Positions 51,315 through 58,888 are shown, counted from the stretch's first letter. The stretch: 63,014 nucleotides of DNA from an uncultured virus (IMG/VR IMGVR_UViG_3300030380_002827) (IMGVR_UViG_3300030380_002827), one strand, 5' to 3'. Program-made: numbers and translations. Notes: generated by a model not told the origin, from the sequence alone.

Positions 51315-51623
51315 TTAAAACATGTCAATGCCAGATTCGTCAGGGAGGTCATTCAACCTTTCTTCTACCCAATGCTCTTTGTTATCAATCTTAGCAGCCT
51401 CAATATATCTCATGATATGAGTATCTACTTGTTGAAAGATAGGGTGAAGGTTTAGATCCATACGGATATCATGTGCAATCTCTGCTACTTGCTTCTCCGT
51501 TAAACAGTGATCTGGATGAAGTAAGTCACAACAGGGAATTCTCTTTTCAATGAGTTCGTTTAGATTAATACGAATCTCGTAGTCTTGGTATACGGGCATG
51601 TCTTCGTCGTTTGGTTGTGCCAT
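51315..51623 (-). CDS. Hypothetical protein (CCDLLHPDHC motif)
   Basis: 102 aa with its own sigma70-like promoter upstream. Confidence 0.7.
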   Translation of the reverse strand: MAQPNDEDMPVYQDYEIRINLNELIEKRIPCCDLLHPDHCLTEKQVAEIAHDIRMDLNLHPIFQQVDTHIMRYIEAAKIDNKEHWVEERLNDLPDESGIDMF

Positions 51624-51638
51624 TTGTATTTACTTTTA

Positions 51639-51667
51639 ATTATACCATGTATTACTACTTATGTCAT
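51639..51667 (-). promoter_or_regulatory. Sigma70-like promoter
   Basis: ATGACA-N17-TATAAT with an extended TG. Confidence 0.6.
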
Positions 51668-51845
51668 CCCCCTATAACATTCAACCTCTGGGGCATTTTT
51701 TATATCCTCAAAATTTTTTGAATACGAATAATATATAGCTCTCGATTTTGGTTCGTTGTAGGTTAGGGACTTATCGGTTTTTATAACCCGCTATAAAACA
51801 TAATAAAACCCTGGCAAAAGGTGGGGAGAGTGTCCCCCCCCCTCT

Positions 51846-52016
51846 CTAATTCATCTCATACCACATTAAGTTAGTCTTAAGTGCATCTACTAGATCGGAC
51901 TTGTCTACGTTATACTCTAATGAGTTAATGAGATCATACAACCGTGTGTTTAGGTTGTCTCTCTGATCCTCTGTTAAACCTGTGTAAGGTGTTCCGATTA
52001 GGTTACGAGTAGACAT
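51846..52016 (-). CDS. Early hypothetical protein (56 aa)
   Basis: Start moved to MSTRNLIG, downstream of the cassette promoter and (AAAC)n leader. Confidence 0.6.
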   Translation of the reverse strand: MSTRNLIGTPYTGLTEDQRDNLNTRLYDLINSLEYNVDKSDLVDALKTNLMWYEMN

Positions 52017-52046
52017 AAGGCAAAAGTGTTTGTTTGTTATGTACTT

Positions 52047-52105
52047 ATTATAATCACAAAGACCCCACATATGTGAGGCCATGTGACAGTTGTTAAACTG
52101 TCCTA
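52047..52105 (-). promoter_or_regulatory. Early cassette 1
   Basis: tgtgacagt-tgttaa-actgtccta; TATAAT 29 bp away. Confidence 0.75.
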
Positions 52106-52308
52106 TTAACGTGAACATTATAACCGTTATATGATATAATCGCCTCAAGTACTGGAAACTTAAAGAGTTCCTCTACTCTGTGGACCACGTTTAGCACGTC
52201 GAGTGCCTCATATTCGCCTAGGCATAACTCCGTGGCATATTCTTGGTCCTGTGTGTCAAAGTGTGGGAACTGTGTAAAGTCTAGTTTAATGTCTAATACT
52301 GTGAACAT
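52093..52308 (-). CDS. Early hypothetical protein
   Basis: 71-aa ORF with AGGA RBS; its stop lies in the palindrome spacer. Confidence 0.6.
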   Translation of the reverse strand: MFTVLDIKLDFTQFPHFDTQDQEYATELCLGEYEALDVLNVVHRVEELFKFPVLEAIISYNGYNVHVNRTV

Positions 52309-52334
52309 AATTGGTCCTTGTTTGTTATGTTCTT

Positions 52335-52394
52335 ATTGTACATTAAAAAAGGGGTAATGTATGCCCCTTATGTGACAGTTACCAAAGTGGCACT
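52335..52394 (-). promoter_or_regulatory. Early cassette 2 (contains a terminator hairpin)
   Basis: tgtgacagt-taccaa-agtggcact; TACAAT 30 bp away. Confidence 0.75.
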
Positions 52395-52602
52395 AGATTG
52401 CTTTACTTACCTTGCTGCCTGTGTTTATACTAGCAGCGTGTACTGCCATGCCATTGTGCATGAAACTGCCTTTAGGAGCAGCGTTATTCCATGAGCGCCT
52501 TGCCATTGTGGCACCAGCATTGCTTCTCTTTAGGACCGTATATGTGACTACTCTGCCAGATGATGTCTTTAAGCGTGTTTGTTGTTTGATGTTGTTTGCC
52601 AT
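52393..52602 (-). CDS. Early basic hypothetical protein (69 aa)
   Basis: Start moved to MANNIKQQ after the AAAC-rich leader; Lys/Arg-rich with no acidic residues. Confidence 0.6.
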   Translation of the reverse strand: MANNIKQQTRLKTSSGRVVTYTVLKRSNAGATMARRSWNNAAPKGSFMHNGMAVHAASINTGSKVSKAI

Positions 52603-52624
52603 GTGTGTTTGTTTGATTAGGTCC

Positions 52625-52684
52625 ATTATAAAAGAAAAAAGGGAGCAATAGTGCCCCCTATGTGCCAGTTAAGCAACCGCCAAC
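52625..52684 (-). promoter_or_regulatory. Early cassette 3 (degenerate distal arm, contains a terminator hairpin)
   Basis: tgtgccagt-taagca-accgccaac; TATAAT 30 bp away. Confidence 0.65.
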
Positions 52685-53010
52685 TCGAACCCATCAGCGA
52701 AGTCATGAGTAATGCCAGAAGCAGTTACGAACCATTCCCAATTCTTTTGAAATACGCCATTCTGTGTGCCGTCTGTGAATTCATTAATAAGAGCGTTCAA
52801 TCTGCTCTTAGTTGTATTAGATTGCCAACCGCCATCGAAGAGTACCAGTGTATCATTGGTTACAGTCGCAATGTGGTTGCCATGAAGTTTTACGATTGCT
52901 TCCATCTGGTTTGTAGCGGTGTTGAAAGCGTTCTCTACAGTAGTATTAGATGAGCGAAAGTCAGAGCGGTTGCGGATTGCAGCGTTCATGTCTGATTCGA
53001 TTTTTCTCAT
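52669..53010 (-). CDS. Early hypothetical protein (MRKIE family)
   Basis: 113 aa, MRKIE..MN.AI...LHGNHIA...DGGWQSNTTKSRLNAL...FQKN..W; a family I recognise from cyanophages, function unknown. Confidence 0.75.
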   Translation of the reverse strand: MRKIESDMNAAIRNRSDFRSSNTTVENAFNTATNQMEAIVKLHGNHIATVTNDTLVLFDGGWQSNTTKSRLNALINEFTDGTQNGVFQKNWEWFVTASGITHDFADGFELAVA

Positions 53011-53038
53011 GTGTGTTACCTGTGTTTGTTATGTTCTT

Positions 53039-53097
53039 ATTATAGTACCGTGAAAGCACAAAACAACAGGCCATGTGCCAGTTCTTAAAGTGGCACA
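53039..53097 (-). promoter_or_regulatory. Early cassette 4
   Basis: tgtgccagt-tcttaa-agtggcaca; TATAAT 29 bp away. Confidence 0.8.
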
Positions 53098-53115
53098 CTG
53101 ATGCTTACAAAGTGG

Positions 53116-53143
53116 TTGACAATCGCCTCTCATGCCCTATAAT
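53116..53143 (+). promoter_or_regulatory. Plus-strand consensus sigma70 promoter
   Basis: TTGACA-N16-TATAAT with no ORF downstream. Confidence 0.7.
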
Positions 53144-53266
53144 AGGGTTATAAGAGATTCGGGGTAGGATCTATAAACTATTCGACACTCACCCTGCTCC
53201 GCAATAATTGTATCAGAATGTTACGGAATCCCTATGGCACATTTGACGGGCACAGTCAAGTCCTAG

Positions 53267-53326
53267 TGTGCCAGTGCATAAAGTGGCACAGTACTCGTTG
53301 ACTTTCTGAGCATTCTGTGTTATAAT
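53267..53326 (+). promoter_or_regulatory. Cassette 5, inverted (plus-strand promoter)
   Basis: tgtgccagt-gcataa-agtggcaca, then 7 nt, then TTGACT-N17-TATAAT with an extended TG. Confidence 0.75.
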
Positions 53327-53443
53327 GCCCGCCAAGATGTCTATAAAATCTCTACTTAATTGCTTCATTTAACATAAAGAGATAATAAACACTTATATGT
53401 TTATTTTACCTTTTTTAAATGTTAATGAAAAAATCAAAGTGCC

Positions 53444-53638
53444 TTACAATTCATTACTTAATTCATGTACTTTTGTCTTAATTTGTGTTAGTAACTTATA
53501 GATATTTCCCTCTGTATTGTTGTTACTTAGTGAGTCATACTTACTAAGTGATTCTAATACTAATAACTTGATAAGTGCCATTTCATTCTTATCAAATAGT
53601 GGGGCATTTAGCATTGTTTCAATGTTATCAAGGGTCAT
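53444..53638 (-). CDS. Early hypothetical protein
   Basis: ATG start MTLDNIETML; 64 aa. Confidence 0.5.
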   Translation of the reverse strand: MTLDNIETMLNAPLFDKNEMALIKLLVLESLSKYDSLSNNNTEGNIYKLLTQIKTKVHELSNEL

Positions 53639-53771
53639 AGGATTCAATGTCAATTTCTATAGCATAGTCTGGATAGATTTGTTCCTCTATATCATCTAAA
53701 CCTTCAGATAATCTCTTAACGAATGCTTCACTTGTTTCCGTAACTTTCTCCTTATGTGTAACTTTCTCCAT
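53628..53771 (-). CDS. Small acidic hypothetical protein (47 aa)
   Basis: Hand translation MEKVTHKEKVTETSEAFVKRLSEGLDDIEEQIYPDYAIEIDIESYDP; GGAGG RBS and TGATG coupling. Confidence 0.55.
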   Translation of the reverse strand: MEKVTHKEKVTETSEAFVKRLSEGLDDIEEQIYPDYAIEIDIESYDP

Positions 53772-53977
53772 CAGACTGCCTCCTTATTGCTACACTTAGT
53801 AATGGCAATTTGTCCCAGATTTTCTACATATAACGACTTAACTCTCTCTCCGTCACTATCATTTAATTCAAGTAACTTATTCCAGTTCCAGTTACTCGGT
53901 GGATTACAGTTTGCTTCACTAACTGTAAAGTCTAAAGTAACACGATAGCGGGTTACTGATTGTGATTGAGAAGTCAT
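53771..53977 (-). CDS. Early hypothetical protein (68 aa)
   Basis: Start moved to MTSQSQSVTRYRVTLDF, downstream of its own promoter. Confidence 0.65.
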   Translation of the reverse strand: MTSQSQSVTRYRVTLDFTVSEANCNPPSNWNWNKLLELNDSDGERVKSLYVENLGQIAITKCSNKEAV

Positions 53978-54003
53978 AAGATTGAGGCGGTGGATTACAT
54001 TTA

Positions 54004-54032
54004 ATTCTACCAGATATTGCACTAAATGTCAA
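54004..54032 (-). promoter_or_regulatory. Sigma70-like promoter without a palindrome
   Basis: TTGACA-N17-TAGAAT with an extended TG. Confidence 0.7.
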
Positions 54033-54297
54033 CTAAGCACGCATATTTCCTCTACTATGATGTTATTTAGTGGGGAAACATGGCAGTGTTATGTAATCTT
54101 AACGTGACCACGATTGCGGTTCTTATGTGTTACTTATAGAAAAAAATTTCGGGCGTTCGCCTCGAAGTGACTTTCATATATGTAATACTAATAAAGACGA
54201 ATAGCACGATAAAATTGTTAGTTAGTGGTCTTACTAAGTGATTAACAAACAACTCACTTATGCCACTAAGTAACAATTAAAGACGATTAATTACTCA

Positions 54298-54561
54298 TTA
54301 AAATTGTCTGGTGGGAACATACTCTGGGATTACATAATCATAATTAGAGGGTTTAATCTTATCACTATGCTTAGTCTTTACACGCTTTAAAGCACGTTCA
54401 ATACTGGTGTTTATGGCATTGTATTCATTACATTCTTCCGTCCAATAGTTTTCTATAATCTCTTTTTCATATTCTACTGATACTAACTCTTGAATCAGTT
54501 GTAACTGATAGAATGATAATTTAACTGTTGTTTGAATGTCACTTAATGCCTCTGTGTTCAT
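54298..54561 (-). CDS. Early hypothetical protein
   Basis: 87 aa; AGGAGG RBS and TAATG coupling. Confidence 0.65.
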   Translation of the reverse strand: MNTEALSDIQTTVKLSFYQLQLIQELVSVEYEKEIIENYWTEECNEYNAINTSIERALKRVKTKHSDKIKPSNYDYVIPEYVPTRQF

Positions 54562-54695
54562 TAGTGTTTCCTCCTTTTGTTGTTTTTGATTAATTGATTA
54601 AACTTTTTACTTTCTTTGGGTGACATACCGCAAAAATAGTTCAATAGGTTGCCTTCATACTGGTCAGCAAGTTCGATTAACTCTTTTGAGATCAT
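54561..54695 (-). CDS. Small hypothetical protein (44 aa)
   Basis: Hand translation MISKELIELADQYEGNLLNYFCGMSPKESKKFNQLIKNNKRRKH; coupled at both ends. Confidence 0.55.
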   Translation of the reverse strand: MISKELIELADQYEGNLLNYFCGMSPKESKKFNQLIKNNKRRKH

Positions 54696-54856
54696 TGAAT
54701 CATATCCTCAAAACGCTTCATAGCAAGTTTAATTGCTTCTTCATCAATTTGATCTACTGAAACAGTTTTGTTTTTCATTTTGTAAAACTGTTCGATTTCT
54801 TCTAGTGATTCCTCATATAAGGACTCTAGGATTGCTTCATTCTGTAAACAAGACAT
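54692..54856 (-). CDS. Small hypothetical protein (54 aa)
   Basis: Hand translation MSCLQNEAILESLYEESLEEIEQF...AMKRFEDMIQ; ATGA coupling. Confidence 0.6.
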   Translation of the reverse strand: MSCLQNEAILESLYEESLEEIEQFYKMKNKTVSVDQIDEEAIKLAMKRFEDMIQ

Positions 54857-54861
54857 AGTTT

Positions 54862-54987
54862 TTAATCGTAAATTGGAGCGAATAGTTGATAGTAAAGGTC
54901 ATTCATAAGACCGAATTCAAATGAAGTGGTAGCGTGCTCCTCATCAACACCTTCCCAACACTTCATAATTTCTGTGTAAGTATCCAT
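54862..54987 (-). CDS. Small hypothetical protein (41 aa)
   Basis: Hand translation MDTYTEIMKCWEGVDEEHATTSFEFGLMNDLYYQLFAPIYD; TAATG coupling. Confidence 0.55.
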   Translation of the reverse strand: MDTYTEIMKCWEGVDEEHATTSFEFGLMNDLYYQLFAPIYD

Positions 54988-55205
54988 TATAAGCACTCAC
55001 TAGGTGGTAAACCGATTGAAGCGATAGCATTATCAAGTGCGACTCTATCAAGGTCAGGATCATCAAAATCAACACCAGCAGCGTGATCTACGCCCCACTC
55101 TGCTACTTCAAAGCAAAAATCGGTAAAGTCTTTGCATACCCATGCAACATTTTCAAAGTTCTCTACTTCTTTGATTCTGTTGATTAATCGTTCTGTTTTG
55201 GTCAT
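54987..55205 (-). CDS. Early hypothetical protein (72 aa)
   Basis: Start moved to MTKTERLI after the (AAAC)n leader. Confidence 0.65.
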   Translation of the reverse strand: MTKTERLINRIKEVENFENVAWVCKDFTDFCFEVAEWGVDHAAGVDFDDPDLDRVALDNAIASIGLPPSECL

Positions 55206-55232
55206 AGTTGTTTGTTTGTTTGTTATACACTT

Positions 55233-55291
55233 ATTATAGGGCAGTGAGATCAAAAATCTACACTGCTTGTGCCACTTTGATTAGTGGCACA
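55233..55291 (-). promoter_or_regulatory. Early cassette 6
   Basis: Perfect arms tgtgccact-ttgatt-agtggcaca; TATAAT 29 bp away. Confidence 0.85.
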
Positions 55292-55599
55292 CTATCGGTT
55301 GACTCTACGCCCATTCCGAGGTAGTTTGAAAATATCATTTTGTTTATAAACTTCTTCCAAGTGTCTGCTACATTAGACTTAATGTAAAATGTTAAAAACT
55401 CTTCAATTTCAAAATTAGTCTCATTACTGGTAACATCAACTAGAAAATCGTTTTTATAAACAACTTCCGCAAATTTGCGCCCATAAGCATAGAGTCCAGT
55501 AATTCTAGAGTCTATTGCTTCAATTCTTAATCCAGTATTCAATTTCAAATACTTACGTTGATTAAGAGCATCAACTACTTGTTTTTGTTCAGTATTCAT
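55258..55599 (-). CDS. Early hypothetical protein
   Basis: 113 aa; its C-terminus is encoded by the palindrome. Confidence 0.6.
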   Translation of the reverse strand: MNTEQKQVVDALNQRKYLKLNTGLRIEAIDSRITGLYAYGRKFAEVVYKNDFLVDVTSNETNFEIEEFLTFYIKSNVADTWKKFINKMIFSNYLGMGVESTDSVPLIKVAQAV

Positions 55600-55602
55600 G
55601 AT

Positions 55603-55737
55603 TTAGTAATTGTGAATTGTGCGGTAAGGTTTATAGCAGTATTTTGTTTGCTTTTTCTCTTCTAACTCTTCACACTTAGCGATTAAGTCTCTAAGTTTTT
55701 TAACGTCCTTATTGAATTGTTCAGTAGTATAACTCAT
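55603..55737 (-). CDS. Small hypothetical protein (44 aa)
   Basis: Hand translation MSYTTEQFNKDVKKLRDLIAKCEELEEKKQTKYCYKPYRTIHNY; GGAGG RBS. Confidence 0.55.
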   Translation of the reverse strand: MSYTTEQFNKDVKKLRDLIAKCEELEEKKQTKYCYKPYRTIHNY

Positions 55738-55967
55738 TAAACTGCCTCCAAGTCAGATAGGAAGCATTCAACTGTTTGAAATTCATAGTCAGTTATCCAA
55801 GTTTTGATAACAGCATAGTCATTACTTCTATCAAGAATAACCACTTCGCCCTCTAGTTCATCATGTATTTTTGATTGAACTGTAGTTCCAAGTTTGATCT
55901 CTGTAATATCTTGACCAATTCTCAAAACGTCCTTTTTACATAGTTCTTTGTACTCTTGAATCGTCAT
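55737..55967 (-). CDS. Early hypothetical protein (possible SH3-like beta barrel)
   Basis: 76 aa, IKLGTTVQSK....EGEVVIL; follows an (AAAC)n leader. Confidence 0.65.
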   Translation of the reverse strand: MTIQEYKELCKKDVLRIGQDITEIKLGTTVQSKIHDELEGEVVILDRSNDYAVIKTWITDYEFQTVECFLSDLEAV

Positions 55968-55994
55968 AGTTGTTTGTTTGTTTGTTATACTATC

Positions 55995-56053
55995 ATTATA
56001 GGGCAGTGAATACCAATTTCAACCACCACTGTGCCACTTTAACAACTGGCACA
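55995..56053 (-). promoter_or_regulatory. Early cassette 7
   Basis: tgtgccact-ttaaca-actggcaca; TTGAAA and TATAAT, the latter 29 bp away. Confidence 0.85.
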
Positions 56054-56284
56054 CTTCCACTTGATTTTCTTCTCATCATTGAGTATATCAAAGCATATCT
56101 CGCATAAGCAATCTGCTTCGGGCATGGTATCTCGCCAATCATAATCCTCCTCTATAGGATTATCCCAATAGTAATATAAGTCAGGTTGATAATCTATCGA
56201 AAATTTCTCTTTTTCGATTTCATGCTCTTCCATATCCTCTATATGGGAATAATCAAAGTTGCCACATACATCACAATATGACAT
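56039..56284 (-). CDS. Early protein with two CxxC pairs (possible zinc finger)
   Basis: CDVC ... CLCEIC; its stop lies in the palindrome spacer. Confidence 0.65.
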   Translation of the reverse strand: MSYCDVCGNFDYSHIEDMEEHEIEKEKFSIDYQPDLYYYWDNPIEEDYDWRDTMPEADCLCEICFDILNDEKKIKWKCASC

Positions 56285-56481
56285 TACTCTGCCTCCTCTA
56301 GTATCTCGCCTGTATCTTGTACAGTAAACTCAATACCCATATCAGGATACCAACAAGTGCTCTCTAATTGACAATTAGTTAGAACATCATTTTTAAGATA
56401 GTAAAATGTAATACTATCATTCATATCATAATTTGATAGTGTTTCGATTAGTTCTGATACTTTCATTATCTTACGCTCCAT
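56284..56481 (-). CDS. Early hypothetical protein
   Basis: The likely true start is MKVSELIETLSNYD (56466). Confidence 0.6.
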   Translation of the reverse strand: MERKIMKVSELIETLSNYDMNDSITFYYLKNDVLTNCQLESTCWYPDMGIEFTVQDTGEILEEAE

Positions 56482-56726
56482 ACTGTCTCAAATGTCTTAG
56501 AATTCTCAACACTTGCTGAACCATAATCTTGCGCCCACTCTAAACAACTTTTCTTCGCTGTTTTTAAATCATTAGTATAGTGCTCATGATAACCAAGTGG
56601 GTGGTCACTTACTACGATAGTATAAGCAAACTTGTGCCTAGGGTGCTGTGGTTCATTCTTAAGTTGCTCTTGAGCGATTATCTTAAGTTGTTTAAGTTGC
56701 TCTTGTAGAATTTCAATAGTTGTCAT
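56466..56726 (-). CDS. Early hypothetical protein
   Basis: 86 aa following an (AAAC)n leader. Confidence 0.65.
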   Translation of the reverse strand: MTTIEILQEQLKQLKIIAQEQLKNEPQHPRHKFAYTIVVSDHPLGYHEHYTNDLKTAKKSCLEWAQDYGSASVENSKTFETVWSVR

Positions 56727-56748
56727 AATGTTTGTTTGTTATATTACT

Positions 56749-56807
56749 ATTATAGTGGATAAATCTAGAATCCAGTTCTAGATTGTGCCACTTCTTCGAT
56801 TGTCCTA
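56749..56807 (-). promoter_or_regulatory. Early cassette 8
   Basis: tgtgccact-tcttcg-attgtccta; TATAAT 29 bp away. Confidence 0.7.
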
Positions 56808-57037
56808 CTAGACATAAACTGAGCAGGTCTTTTAGTATTAACAGTAACAGCATAGTTATTTTCTAGTAAAATGTCGATCTCCTCCGCCATGTCATACACG
56901 TTGATTGCGGTTTTCTCTGCTGTTTTACCTTTAAATGTGACTACCTTAAGTCTAGCGTTCTTACTAACATTATTGCGCCAGTCCTTTACTTCAAAGTAAT
57001 CAACAACTGTATTGAGTGATTCAGATTGAAATTGCAT
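56765..57037 (-). CDS. Early hypothetical protein
   Basis: 90 aa; reads through the palindrome. Confidence 0.65.
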   Translation of the reverse strand: MQFQSESLNTVVDYFEVKDWRNNVSKNARLKVVTFKGKTAEKTAINVYDMAEEIDILLENNYAVTVNTKRPAQFMSSRTIEEVAQSRTGF

Positions 57038-57064
57038 AATTGTTTGTTTGTTTGTTATACTATC

Positions 57065-57123
57065 ATTATAGTAGCATGAAATACAATAACAACATATAGT
57101 GTGCCACTAATCAAACTGGCACA
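57065..57123 (-). promoter_or_regulatory. Early cassette 9
   Basis: tgtgccact-aatcaa-actggcaca; TATAAT 29 bp away. Confidence 0.85.
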
Positions 57124-57139
57124 CTATTGGTTGACTCTC

Positions 57140-57382
57140 CTACCATTCTGGTGTAGGTTGCTTTGCCTTGTTCTTTTCTATTTTCTCTTGCTCTTTGAAT
57201 GTGAGAGCATCTACTCTATCTTTAATTGATTTAATCTCTTTAACTTCATGATATTCGCTAGTGCGGTAGTAATCTACCATACTACCGTAATAGTCATCAA
57301 GAGCGCAATTAATGATACTTAGTTCAGTTAAACTAACATCTAATTTAATACTATTCATGAATCCAGTTTCCCTCGCCATCAT
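57140..57382 (-). CDS. Early hypothetical protein
   Basis: ORF track, 80 aa; start uncertain. Confidence 0.55.
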   Translation of the reverse strand: MMARETGFMNSIKLDVSLTELSIINCALDDYYGSMVDYYRTSEYHEVKEIKSIKDRVDALTFKEQEKIEKNKAKQPTPEW

Positions 57383-57623
57383 AATCTCCTTCAGTAATTG
57401 ATTCTAGTCCGTAAGGGTCAGGGTCATTAACAACTGATTGTAAACCTTTATACTCACGCCCTTGTAAACGATAAACTTCTTTTTGTTGTCTCAAGTCTCT
57501 ATCAATTCTATATGATAGTTCACAATTAAGTGCCATGTATTGACGTTTATCATCACTATGCTCTGCATAATGGAATTGTAAACACTCTAACAAGTACTCA
57601 AGTTCTCTAATTGCAAATTTCAT
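57351..57623 (-). CDS. Early hypothetical protein
   Basis: 90 aa with GAGG RBS. Confidence 0.6.
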   Translation of the reverse strand: MKFAIRELEYLLECLQFHYAEHSDDKRQYMALNCELSYRIDRDLRQQKEVYRLQGREYKGLQSVVNDPDPYGLESITEGDYDGEGNWIHE

Positions 57624-57796
57624 GATAATGCCTCCTCTAATAGATCACTCATGCAAGTAAGGTCAACAACATCACTAATACCTAGTGAAGTGTCATTATC
57701 AATAGCGAAGTCTAAAGCACTCTTTAGATCAGATACTCTACCACTATCAAAAGTAAGAGTGATTGAGTTAGTATTTGGATTTCTGTAGTAAATCAT
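57620..57796 (-). CDS. Small hypothetical protein (58 aa)
   Basis: Hand translation MIYYRNPNTNSITLTFDSGRVSDLKSALDFAIDND...LLEEALS, directly after an (AAAC)n leader. Confidence 0.6.
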   Translation of the reverse strand: MIYYRNPNTNSITLTFDSGRVSDLKSALDFAIDNDTSLGISDVVDLTCMSDLLEEALS

Positions 57797-57819
57797 GTTT
57801 GTTTGTTTGTTATAATACT

Positions 57820-57878
57820 ATTATAGAGCAGTCATACACGATAACAACCACCATTGTGACAGTAATCAAACTGTCACA
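57820..57878 (-). promoter_or_regulatory. Early cassette 10
   Basis: Perfect arms tgtgacagt-aatcaa-actgtcaca; TATAAT 29 bp away. Confidence 0.85.
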
Positions 57879-58039
57879 TCATAGGTTGATTTGTTCTTTA
57901 GAATATGCCAATACTCATCATAAGTAAGAGTTTCTTCTTGCTCTGTATCCATATTGAGTACAATATCAAAAGGGTAAAAAGCATAATACTTAACGTGGTC
58001 ATCTACATACTCTTTGATTTGTTGATACTTAGTCATCAT
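57866..58039 (-). CDS. Early hypothetical protein
   Basis: ATG start MMTKYQQIKEY; its stop lies in the palindrome spacer. Confidence 0.6.
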   Translation of the reverse strand: MMTKYQQIKEYVDDHVKYYAFYPFDIVLNMDTEQEETLTYDEYWHILKNKSTYDVTV

Positions 58040-58190
58040 TAGTGCCCTCAATAAAAACGCCTCTATTGGTTAATATGTCCTCTATTTTGAATAAAATAGG
58101 TGCAATTTTTGTACTATCCATTTCTTCATAATCACTTATATAATCATCAAGTGACTTATGAATAGTTTTTAATTCATCATTACTGAACAT
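58029..58190 (-). CDS. Small hypothetical protein (53 aa)
   Basis: Hand translation MFSNDELKTIHKSLDDYISDYEEMDSTKIAPILFKIEDILTNRGVFIEGTNDD. Confidence 0.55.
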   Translation of the reverse strand: MFSNDELKTIHKSLDDYISDYEEMDSTKIAPILFKIEDILTNRGVFIEGTNDD

Positions 58191-58434
58191 TCTCTATAAC
58201 CTCCGCTATAGTATCTGTAAAGTATTCATCAAAATACTCTTCAATTTCTACCATAGCATCATTAAATGTTTGGTCATCTATCCATCTTTGCATATCGTCA
58301 GTAACGTAGATTATCAAGTCCTTCATTGACATATTATCAACAATTCGCTCAACATAGTATTCCTTAAGAGCAGCAAACTGTTTGTCAGTCATGTTTTGTG
58401 CCTTGAGTAAGGTATCTTTGTTTGTTTTGTTCAT
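58180..58434 (-). CDS. Early hypothetical protein
   Basis: 84 aa, LKEYYVERIVDNMSMKDL; GGAGG RBS. Confidence 0.65.
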   Translation of the reverse strand: MNKTNKDTLLKAQNMTDKQFAALKEYYVERIVDNMSMKDLIIYVTDDMQRWIDDQTFNDAMVEIEEYFDEYFTDTIAEVIENVQ

Positions 58435-58628
58435 TAGTTGCCTCCGATAAGTTGATATGGTTCTGGAAATTCGTCCACTTTAAGTTGAGCGAATGAGTGA
58501 ATCATAGTCCACACTTTTTGTCCAGATAGTTGTTTTTCATCACAAATGTGACTAGCGGTATCCTCTAATACTTCCAATACTTCAAAAGCATCAAGTTTCA
58601 ACTGTTCTAATTCTTCAAATGTCATCAC
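58434..58628 (-). CDS. Early hypothetical protein
   Basis: 64 aa, coupled to its neighbours. Confidence 0.6.
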   Translation of the reverse strand: MMTFEELEQLKLDAFEVLEVLEDTASHICDEKQLSGQKVWTMIHSFAQLKVDEFPEPYQLIGGN

Positions 58629-58858
58629 TTAGTCCTCGCAAATAGTTTTGAAATTCTATCGTCTATCTCATTACAACGCTCATAAACTGATCTACCCTCG
58701 ATCAATTCATCTTCTTGTAAAGAGTCATCATCATAGCAACGATAGTCCTCTAGTGAGTTAGCGATTGTATCCCACTCTCCATCAGTAAAAAATGAGCGGA
58801 TTGTTTGTAGTTGGTCGAAACTGTAGTCTCTGACCAAAGAACCTTGACGATTCATCAT
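58625..58858 (-). CDS. Early hypothetical protein
   Basis: 77 aa; GAGG RBS after the cassette promoter. Confidence 0.65.
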   Translation of the reverse strand: MMNRQGSLVRDYSFDQLQTIRSFFTDGEWDTIANSLEDYRCYDDDSLQEDELIEGRSVYERCNEIDDRISKLFARTK

Positions 58859-58888
58859 AGTTAAAACCTCTGTGTTTGTTATATTACT

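Noticed and set aside
57855..57878. CRP or NtcA binding site
   Set aside because: The TGTGA/TCACA half-sites are 14 bp apart rather than 6, most copies read TGTGC, and there is no consistent GTA-N8-TAC.
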